A DNA stretch of 64,000 bases from Thalia democratica (lineage: Eukaryota), in NCBI GenBank assembly GCA_965202585.1, contig OZ241827.1, positions 27,466,001-27,530,000 of the forward strand, written 5' to 3'. A program made the position numbers and the translations under genes. This document shows positions 14,501 to 24,200 of the stretch, one piece after another. Every line of letters begins with the position of its first letter. Position 1 is the stretch's first letter. The notes below the pieces were generated by a model, which saw only the letters and a list, made by a program, of their open reading frames with translations, was not told the origin of the DNA and searched no databases.

Positions 14501-15497
14501 TCCGCTCATAAGAGTAAGAATGTAATGTTCCAAATCACTTTCATAAGCATTGTACATTGACTTGTCAGCTACCACCATTGTCTCAATGAAGTGTTCTCTT
14601 GAGTTTATAGCATTTATTGATCTCTTTTGCCTAATAGATTCTTTCCTTACCTGAATAGTAAGAAAAAATTAAGTATAAGTTAAACATTTTTTATTTTAAA
14701 CTAAACATAAAATAATCTGTTAATTTTCGTTTCTTTGGTAAATAATTATTTTAAATATTTTATGTTTTATAAACAATATATAAGTTTATTTTGTTTTTAA
14801 GTTTAACAAACTCTAAGATATACATTTTGAATTTTAGTTTTTTAATTTATTTATTAAAACTACTTCATAAAAAATGTTTTCTACAAAATACAAAACTAAC
14901 AATTTCGTCAACTTGTTCTTGGGTCCACTTCCTTTCCGCGTTTTTGTTGCCGCACTTCCTAATTCGCTCCTTTCTCGCGTCTTTGGGGTCTCTTCTCCTG
15001 ATAATGTGCTCCGTCAGCCCCTCCGAGTCCAAGTTCCTGTGGAGGGGTTCGATAAAGTAATGGTAGGTGCTCGTTACTATGGACCCGATCAGCGACCCGC
15101 ATATCGACATGGAAACGGCGGACTCCGGATCACCCTCGACAAAGCCCTTGTAAAAACATTCCTTCGTCGGGATCCTGTTGGGGTTGCTGATGTTGTAGGT
15201 TTCGTTGGAGCCCGTTTTTTCGTAGGAAATAGTCAGTTCCGGGGATACGAGGTCGACGTCCGGTTCGAGAACGACGATCATTTCCCTGCCGAACGCGGTT
15301 ATGTTGTACTTGGGCCTGTCGAAGCTGTCACCGATTTGGTCAATGGACCTCCTTCTTCTGAAGTTTCCCGTATGTTTGAGTTCGTCTACCCTGGTAACTA
15401 GACTGGTCACTTCTTTATTGTCGTTGGTAGTCGGACTTGCTAAATGCACTTGTTGTGCAAACAAGCACATTAATGAAAGTAAACACAGTATGTTCAT
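11318..15497 (-). CDS. ADAMTS: ADAMTS-family secreted metalloprotease gene, ADAMTS1/8/15-like architecture, 8 coding exons, 979 aa
   Basis: Hand-assembled exons 15497-14901, 14650-14441, 14371-13874, 13800-13499, 13159-12705, 12598-12216, 12111-11891, 11591-11318. All introns are GT-AG, phases match (0,0,0,2,1,0,2) and the frame is open to TGA at 11318-11320. Zinc motif HEIGHTFNILHD, Met-turn HVMRP, furin site RQKR, one central and two C-terminal TSP1 repeats. Confidence 0.96.
11891..12111 (-). CDS. ADAMTS: ADAMTS exon 7: basic/Ser-rich linker and second TSP1 (absent from the ORF track)
   Basis: Acceptor tttcaacag, donor AG|GTAAGT, 221 nt. Translates KNKKGKKITVHSHDLSPSSRSNVPSSRSSNIDPLARWVNGRWRKCRMDSPSVKCGKGVMKRTVTCKSGKQTST. 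Confidence 0.9.
12216..12598 (-). CDS. ADAMTS: ADAMTS exon 6: spacer domain
   Basis: YGYQSVFTFPVGASQIRI, HYLALK, FMLNGN, YGGRVIQYSG, PLTRELRLEL, PRLKIQFYMP. Acceptor tttacag, donor AAG|GTAAGA at 12215. Confidence 0.92.
12705..13159 (-). CDS. ADAMTS: ADAMTS exon 5: central TSP1 and cysteine-rich domain
   Basis: [78 protein letters not shown]. Acceptor tattag, donor A|GTAAGT. Confidence 0.95.
13499..13800 (-). CDS. ADAMTS: ADAMTS exon 4: disintegrin-like domain and start of central TSP1
   Basis: LPGQFYSPNEQCKMLFG...LWC...ADGTPCG..MECHLGEC..VDGGWSSWGSYGACSR. Acceptor gtacag, donor AG|GTAAAT. Confidence 0.95.
13874..14371 (-). CDS. ADAMTS: ADAMTS exon 3: M12B/reprolysin catalytic core
   Basis: LLSDFCKWQK, HYDLAILLT, TLGMANMGGMC, CAIVENDGL, HEIGHTFNILHD, HVMRP, WSACSR. 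Acceptor catcag, donor CAC|GTAAGT. Confidence 0.96.
14441..14650 (-). CDS. ADAMTS: ADAMTS exon 2: furin site and start of catalytic domain (absent from the ORF track)
   Basis: Acceptor ttactattcag, donor AAG|GTAAGA, 210 nt. Translates VRKESIRQKRSINAINSREHFIETMVVADKSMYNAYESDLEHYILTLMSGANRLLRHPSLGLVISVIVTK, matching the ADAMTS R-x-x-ETxVVADxSM motif. Confidence 0.93.
14901..15497 (-). CDS. ADAMTS: ADAMTS exon 1: signal peptide and prodomain
   Basis: ATG at 15497. Hydrophobic MNILCLLSLMCLFAQQVHLA, RRRR site, prodomain motifs (YNITAFGREM..LEPD, CFYKGFVEGDPESAVSMSICGSLIG, YFIEPL), Cys-switch-like RKCG. Donor GTTAGT at 14900-14895. Confidence 0.93.
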
Positions 15498-15799
15498 TGC
15501 TGTTTCTTTATTGCATATAAGTTTTCTTTTCTGCTTACAAGGTTTAAAAAATTTGTTTGTATGCTTTATAGTATCTTATAATACCTGCAAAAATAAAAGT
15601 TGGTTAAATTAGTTGTTACATTGTAACAAAGCTAACTTGTATTTATATAAAGTTATAACGTTTACATAACTAAAACGTCGTACAAAGCTGTTTAACAAAA
15701 TCATAACCTCTGAATAGTTTTAACTTCCACAAAAAAAATTGTCAACAAAAAACTAAAACCACATTAGAATTAAACATAAAAACACAAAACGCAGTTTTA

Positions 15800-16700
15800 A
15801 ACAAAGGCTCGGCGAGAGACTTTTGCTCAACTCAACAACGCATTTGCCTTCAGGCGAGCTTAACCGGATGTTGCTACGGTAACGAGCGGAAGTAGCAACT
15901 TGCTTTACAGAAAAAGGCGGCGAAAGTAGAAGGTTAATAAAAAAAGAATACGTAATAATGGCCAGGAGCATTGCAGACAATTGAGCGCAGTGAAGCGCGA
16001 ACTTGCTTTGATGTGCCGACAACTTCACGTGACTTGAGCTCAAATTACTTAAGTCTCAACCTGCGCTTAATTCGATAATAAATTTAATCGCTCTACATGC
16101 TGCCTGCGCACTACAGAAACTGTTTTCGTCGCCTAAGCTGCATCTCTTCGAGCAAAACTCAAAATTCTAAATCCGTGTTCACAACAACTTGTCCATACGC
16201 TTTGAGAAACAAACAAACTCAAAAGCTCAATTCACAAAATGTTTGTTTTATTTAGTCAGCTAAAACCTTTTACTGCTCGTCAAGGTAAGTGTCAAAGGTG
16301 CGGCCTGTCGAGCTTTTATACCCGCCGCTTCTTTTTCCGATTTTTTTCTTTTGCTCTCGCCACTGGCGTCGCCGTTGCATGCGAGAGCGCGCTTCGAACG
16401 CGGCTTTTTCTTATTATTTGTCCGAAAAGGTTGGCTTTTAAGAAAAACTCGTTTCGGCTCTTGTGCGGACTTTCGGTCACATGGCGCCGCTGCAGCCACA
16501 TTCGAAGCGACGTGCTGCAACGAGATTTGAGTGAAAATTAAAATTTTGTAGGTGACGTTATCAGACGGTAGGCATGCGTCTGAGTGCATAGTGCAAACTG
16601 GTTCTAATTGCAAAAAATTACATTAGGTTTGTACGTGATTTGATCAGGTACGGTTAATTGTGCTCGGTTTGTTGTTGTAGGGCATTTGGAAAGTGGAATT
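15800..16700. promoter_or_regulatory. CpG/GC-richer island upstream of ADAMTS; likely promoter and 5' region
   Basis: Abrupt rise in GC and CpG versus the flanks, directly 5' of the ATG. ETS-like GCGGAAGT near 15886, E-box CACGTG near 16026. No convincing protein in any frame. Confidence 0.5.
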
Positions 16701-19700
16701 AGTATAGTTTTTCAGCCGATTTGGTATTTTCATAATTGCTGTAATATAAAAAAGCAAATTCTGGGTTTTTCTCGTTAATGTTTGTTTTTAAAACCTAATT
16801 TTATTGTGAACAAAAACTGTGAGTTTTGTGTGAATCAAGATTCTGTATGTCGAAATATAGGGATTAAATTACTACAATAAAAAAATGTAATTACTACAAA
16901 AAAAATAAATGTACTGAAAATAATTGGTGAAAATATTTGTGAGCTTACTTTTAAACCATGTGTATAAACTTTAGAATGCTATAAGAGGCATTAGATAAAT
17001 TGCGCTGAAAAAGAACAATTACAAATTATAACAGGCTCAGCAGTTAAATTCAAAGCGGAAACAACACCAACTTTTATTTCTTGATCAAAGACAAATATGC
17101 GGGGTTGGAATAAAATTTTGCTGATAATAGCCAAGATATAAATCCAAATGCTGTAATTTGGCCGTAATGATGCTAATTTCACTACTATGGGTTGGAGTTT
17201 TCACGGCAAGGCAATTTTGAAATTATACCGAATTTCGACACTCGGTTGCACTAGAGAGTCTCTTATTGTAGTACTTTTTGGTATCTTCAGGAAATTTTTT
17301 TATACTACAAACATTAAAAGCAAAACTTTTTACTGTAAATCAGATTATATTTTTTAAAGCTCTTTTTTTTCTTAAAATACACGTATACATTTTAGTACAA
17401 GTTTAAAATATTTAATGTAAAAATTATAAGAAAAAAATTTTTACTCCTTTTACAATTTAATTAGTTAATCGGGATAGAAATTTTACTTTTTTTAAGCTAG
17501 GTGTTTAAAGTTTTTTGAACCAAACTCACTACAATTTTAATGGTAGTAAACTTCCATTAGTAACATTTCGTATAATTTTGATAAAAAGTTGTGTACAAGT
17601 ACATACACTCATCAAAATTAAAAATAATATTCAAAAGACTTTTGGTGTATGATATAAATTTCAGCCTCAACTCTTGCATACATAAAAACCAGACTTTAAA
17701 AAAAAATTTATATCATGAAAAGTGCTCAGTCATCTAAGTCACATAAAAAACTGCAGATGTCGAATTAATTTATAAGAGTAATAAAACTGCTGCATTTTAC
17801 GTGTTGTTTTTGATCAATAGGTTATTTTCAAAGTTCCTTTTGTTTACCGAAAAATTTCTCAAACAATGAAAGTTCATTGAGGTGCCTCAAAAGCAGCGAA
17901 ATTTATAAGTTCCAACCCACAACACTTTTTTGATAAATGCAGTGAAATTCGTTGAAATTTTCCCAGTTACTTTTTGAAGTACGTATGTACAAACGTCATC
18001 AATTGATTTATCGGCCACATAAAACAATCTACAAGGTTAATCTCAAGTGTTTATTATACTTTTTTAAGATTGATTGAGTTTCGTGGACGAAAACCATTAA
18101 ATAGTTCTATTAAAATTGTCATTAATTGATCATGTCTGTTGACGCTTCATATAACGAAATCACGTATCAAATTCGAACTGCACACTAATAAAAAACTGTA
18201 AACTTTCTGACATTACATAAATAATAAAAAAGTTGATCGGGTTTTCCCGAACAAACACAAGTTTTTTTTATTTTTGTAAATACCATCAACAAAAATGTAA
18301 CCAATACTATAAATACTATTCTAACAAAATATGAAATATATTTAGTTACTAAAAGCAAGTTTTTTTTAGAAAAATAAAAGAAATATCTTAAATATCCAAA
18401 ATTTATTGCTATTAAAACTTTTTAAATATCTAAAATTCAATTACAATATGTTGTAGCCCAATTTATAAGTCCACTAAATAGCTTAGTAGTTGCAGTACAG
18501 CCAAAGTAATATTAAAACTACCTAAACATAAATTATATACAAAAAAGACTTTGACAAAAAATTACAACTGCATGTGATAAATAAACAAAAAAATAAACAA
18601 GATTAAATCATAAAATTTTCTAATTAGTAGCAGCATACAGTATGATTTTAATTTATCATTAAATTTAGTTTCAGACTTTCTCAAACGTAAAAAATTTAAG
18701 TAAAAATAAGAAAGTTATCATTGTATGAGTGAGATATTTAAAATGGTAACAAAATAGTATATTTGTTTTACTCAAAGGTAACCGAAAAAGTATAAATAGT
18801 TTATAAACTAAAAATGTAAGTAAACCATCAAAAAACCTAGGGTATACATTTTTTTATAAAATCTAACCCATGTGATTTCAAAATAAACCAAATTCAATAT
18901 TTCTATTCAAAATTTTCAGGTGTACACTTGCAGGTAAAAATTTCTACAAACAGGAGAAAGTACAGATGTACAGCAGCTATATGCGGCTCGTATTTGTATA
19001 TTAGTTTTTCGGCAATTTTTAAATGTAATTACATCTTAAAAGTAGTCTTAAAACCTGAATAGTTAGGATAGAATGAATATTTTAATGAGAATTTTTCTGT
19101 TGTGTACCTTTTAACGCTGATTAGGATTAAACTCTTAAGTTAAACACAAATTAGTCTTTATGTTCCAACAGTATGTGTTAAAAAGGGATCTAAATACACT
19201 TTTTATATTAAATTTTATATAAACTAATATCTGAGTATTCTACACTTTTATGAATTTTTAATTAATGTAGTTATAAAATTCTGCACTTCAAAAACAATTT
19301 CCTCTTTTAATTAAGGCAACAAAGCTATCTACTTATCTTGTTACTAATTTTCAATTTGAGATCAAACTTCAAACTACTTTTTAGTAATTCTTTACAATTA
19401 AACGAAGCTTTACTGTAAAGCAATCAATTTGACTTATCTATCATAAACTTTGTTTTCACTGTAATGCTGAATAAACAACGGCTTTCAATTGAAGCACACT
19501 TTGTACAAAAGTGCTAGCGTTCAAAACTCACAGCTAGCAAAATGTGTAGCAAACAACATCACAGATAATATTACGTCATGATTAACATTGAACTTGCAAA
19601 GGTGTTATATCTTTCGTAACCACATTTCATTTAAGCGAAGAGCCAACTTTTGAAAGGTGGACGGAAAAAGCTGGCGGGTTGCCACCACTTAGATCAAAGT

Positions 19701-20869
19701 TTTATTCTAATTCTACTTTAGTTTTGTTCCTTAGACTTGCTTAGTGATTTGTAGATTAACAACTTCAATACCACATCTGTTTGATTAGGACTTTGGCGAT
19801 TTATATGCTTTAATTATTTTCAACTGCAATTCGGACATATTAACAATTTCTTTTTTTAACAAAAGAGTTATTCTTTAAGATTTTTTTTCTGTTTTAAATG
19901 AAATATGTTTTGATGACAAGAATTTTTTTAAGTAGTTGTTTACCTTTTGTTGTCAGCTAAAAACTTTAAAAAAACATTTACATTTTCTTTAAATCAAAAA
20001 AATATTTCTCCTTAACCTACATCAATCTAAGCTTTCTTATCAACTGGGATATGCGATAAATAGTGCAATAAAACTTTCTTACAAAACACCACGTCACAAT
20101 GAAACCTTTTCCAGTCATTTTATGATGCACTTTGAGACGAAAGTGCGCAAACAAATGTTAATAAATCAACAAAACAAAAACTTTACACAGGAAACTTTAC
20201 GCTTTTCGCCGAAGGGAAACACCCTAAAACGCAAATATTTATTCGACTTAACTGCTCATTTTGTCAAGCTCGCGACCTTTTCACATTTTAAACTGTAAAG
20301 ATTGTTTGATTTCAGCGCACATCTGATACGCGCTTGTTCTTTATTGTATTGCAAACATTTCTTTTAATTTGTATATGTAAACTGGCTGTTTTTACGTCAG
20401 TGAGTGTAAACTATTTAAGAAGGTAAATGATACATGGAGAACAACAACGTGTGAAACATTGAAACAACAAAAGCATTTGAGTCATAAAGATATAGCGAAT
20501 TTTCAAGTAAGCTGTAGTAGAATTGGTTTTGTTTTTCTCCTGACATCTTATTAAAATGTCGCCCAAGCATAAACAATGCAAAACTTTAAGAAGACTTGAA
20601 AAACTGAATGGGTGGCATAAAAAACAATACATATGACATCATAACAAAAGTGTGGGAGAATTATCGCTGTAATTGTTGTCAATAAAAATAAGATTAGTGC
20701 ATATAACATAGCTATAAAAGCTGTAATGTTGCAAAAAAGCTGTAAAAAACAATGATTATATTACTAATAAATTTGTCTTTATAACGAAAAATTAAAAGGC
20801 AAATTAAAACTAAAGTTTAAAGCTTTTAAGACGCAATAGACCGTTACTTTAGAAGTTTAATGGATGTTA

Positions 20870-21240
20870 TTGAAACTAAATACACACACACAGACACCAA
20901 ACCAGTTCAGTTTCCCATGTCAGGGTCGTTTATGACTCATTTGATTTGACCATCATCAGACATCAACTATGACGTAATATTTAATTTCTCACCTTTTGCG
21001 TACGGCAGTAGGAGTCAAAACTAACAATGACGTAATAGTTAAGTATCGAAAATTGATTGCAGATTTTGCGCATTACATCATTTAGTCATCTTTTTTCAGC
21101 AGAAAGTTTGGAAGAAAGTTAAGGAGAGCCTTGCGGTTTGTGAGGCTTTCCGGAGGCTCGCATCAATTCGTAATTAGAAGATTTGATTACCGCGCGTTTC
21201 ATTAATCACTATAAAATACACGAAAATGTCATTACCTTTA
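20870..21240. promoter_or_regulatory. Candidate upstream cis-regulatory module
   Basis: Two ATGACGTAAT sites 58 bp apart (20969, 21027) and AP-1-like TGACTCA near 20933, in a GC-richer island. Confidence 0.35.
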
Positions 21241-24200
21241 TATAAACTTTTCGCTCTTCGCAAGAGATATTATTTCAACTTTTTTTAATTAGTGGTTGCT
21301 GCAAGATGAAAAAATTAGTTTTAAGAAAATTTGTAATAAACTGAATTTATTTGAGTTTATTTCAGCTCATAAGCTTTATCTCAAAAAATATAAGAATGTT
21401 AATTATTGCAAAAGCTGATACTTTGGGTAAAAATTCGGAAATTGAGTTTTTGACGTAAATCTTATTTTAAAAGAAATATCTATTCAAATAAAAACATCTA
21501 GATATTTTCATTTATTACTCGTCTATATTTCATTTATTTAGCAAATATACAAAAGTATATTTTCTCGTTACAATTAAATACATACAATTCCAACACTATT
21601 TTTTTAATTTTCTTTCTTTAAAAATCATTTAGTAAATAAAACATTCAATAGTTTTCGTGATAAAAAAAATCTATATAAAACTAAACACAAAAAATGCTCT
21701 ATTAATTTTGTATAAAATTATCATGTCACTGCGACATTTAAGTCATTTTAGTTCTTTTAAAGCAAAGTTTTGTTCTTTAAATACATATTCTCAATAACAG
21801 TATTAAGGAAATGATTTTTTTTTGGCTTAATATTTTAGAGCTAATCATGTTTTGCAATACAAAGTTCAGTTCTAAAACAGTCTTCTACTAGTTAATTAAG
21901 TACTTACCAGACAAAGAAAACTATGCTAATATATTTAATAAACTGCTGTCTAAAAGTTTAAACAGTTAAACTAGTTTATACTTTTTTATACTATTGAACA
22001 CATTGAGTTTATATATACGCCAAATTAAATTTCTGTGTATTTTATTTTTAGCTTTAATTCTTATATATAACAGTTTCTTATATTATATATTGGATTAAGA
22101 AAAATGCCTTATTTAAAGCTAATGTTTAAGATTAAGCTAATTTGTGTAGTTTACTCTAATATTATTGTAAAAATAAGCCGAATTATAGCTAACTTAGTAT
22201 TTGTAGTCTTAAGATTAAATTTTATGAAAAATTAGAACTTTTTATGTTGTTCCAAAAATCTACTGACAAAATTTTAACAAAGTTAATTTCCAAAATTTAG
22301 AAAAATCTTAATTACTTATATTTTTTTAAATCTCATTTTGTAATTTTTTACATAACAAAATTTAATTTATTTTAATCATCTTACTCTTTTTTAAAATGTA
22401 TATTTTCGACAGAATATATTTAAATTAACTGTTTTTTAAGAATCTGTTTACATCATAATTTAAAATTAATACACACCAACTGTTTTTTAATCAAGTTATT
22501 AAAAAAACAAATTAAGCTTAGTATGCTGTTTTTACGATAAAATTTTACCAACTTTTTTAAAACCATTTTCAATTGTGTTTATTTGAATTTTTTTATGTAA
22601 TTAGTTCAACAAACTATTATAAACTAGATATTTTTTGCACTTAATGCCCTAAACATTAGATACAAACTCTTAAAAGATAAACTTAAAATAAGCCGTTTAT
22701 AAAATTAGTTTTGTAAGTTTGAGAAGCAGAAAAGTTTAAAAAATATGAACTATCTTATTTTCACATCTAAACACTTAAATATTCTAGTTTTTTGAGTTTT
22801 GGTTAAATCGTTATACTTAAAAATCGTTATAAAGATATTTGACCGGGCTGTAGTTAAGGTGTTTAACACTTTTTTGTTTCAAATACAAATGGCATCTGCA
22901 ACTTTTCACATGACGTCATCAATTGCAATTAAAATGACGCACAAAAGTATGAACTTTCATTTAAAAATTTGTAAAAGCGATACTTAAACGATAAAAACTT
23001 GTAACTTCACATATGCACGTAGAAAAAGCAAGATTTCGATTTGTTTTACGTTTGTAGACATTTAATGCGTCAATTAAAGTCTCAGTGACAACAACCAGAT
23101 TTTTATAATTGTTGTACTCTATTTGCTAGTGTTAAATGCTTAGTATAGTTTCAGTTTTAATTAATTCTCATAGCACCACAATGCCTGTAAACTAATAAAA
23201 AAGTAATCTAGCAAATAAAGTAAGCCGTTACATGTTTTTTCAACACTACTTTATTTTTCAAAAATAACTTTTTTAGGAATTTTGTTATTGTTTGTTAAAC
23301 TAGTTAATACGATTACTTTGTGAGGTATGTATAACACTATTTAAATTCTTCTTTTTACAACATAAAGGCACTATTCAAAAAAAATTTATAAAGATAAGTC
23401 TATATGCGCTTGAGCTATAAAAACCTTTTGATCTAGAAACAAGAAAGCTTTGCTGAACAATCTTTAAATTTACTAAGAAATATCTTTAAAGCTTTTTATT
23501 GAAATATTTAGATCAACTAAAATTTTTTTTTTGATTTTTTTTAACTTTTTATATAAATTTATCGTAATCTCTTTTAAATCAAAACTTAAAGCATTAGTAC
23601 TCTCAATACTTAGTCAATTGTTGTGTTTATTTTTGGTCTTTTTTACTAAAGTTGTTTATTTGATTACAAATCTTAAAACAACCAGTTTAAAAGTAAAGCT
23701 GATGCATTTCTGTATAAAATTTAAAAGTAAGTAGCAAACATATTATTTTAATATAGGTTAGTTTTATCTGCTTCTTCTATGTTTCATAAAAGTAATTAAA
23801 AAAATATTATTATGAATTTTTGTACGCTCTCTTTGATTTTGGTTGTTTTGAAATCAAAAGCACAGGTACAGTTTTGAGTTCAAGCTGAGAGAAATGGTGC
23901 CACTCTGTACAATGACCTGAACTCTTAAGAGTGGATGTAACAAGTGACAAAACTGTTTACGACGTCATAAAGCAGCAAATCGTTGAAAGCTTTGCAGAGT
24001 TAATGTGAGAGCGTGGGAATTAAGATATGCTGTTAACTTTAAAAAATATGTAAAAACATTTTTCTGTTATAATACAAAATGTACATTTTTTTAAATAGTC
24101 TCTAATTGTAATGGTTTGTATTTCATCATTTAGTTTTTTAGAAAGTTCTAGTTTTTTAAATTTTAATGAGTTTTCTTACGCAAAAAGGTTTTCTTGAGAT

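Noticed and set aside
11289-15612. Alternative-frame and antisense ORFs over the ADAMTS exons (e.g. 11289-11543, 12701-13042, 12781-13134, 14874-15401)
   Set aside because: Shadows of GC-rich coding exons with few stops; no recognisable motifs.
15753-16613. ORFs 15753-16043, 16239-16541 and 16260-16613
   Set aside because: They lie in the GC-richer promoter island, several start at non-ATG codons, and none shows domain-like sequence.
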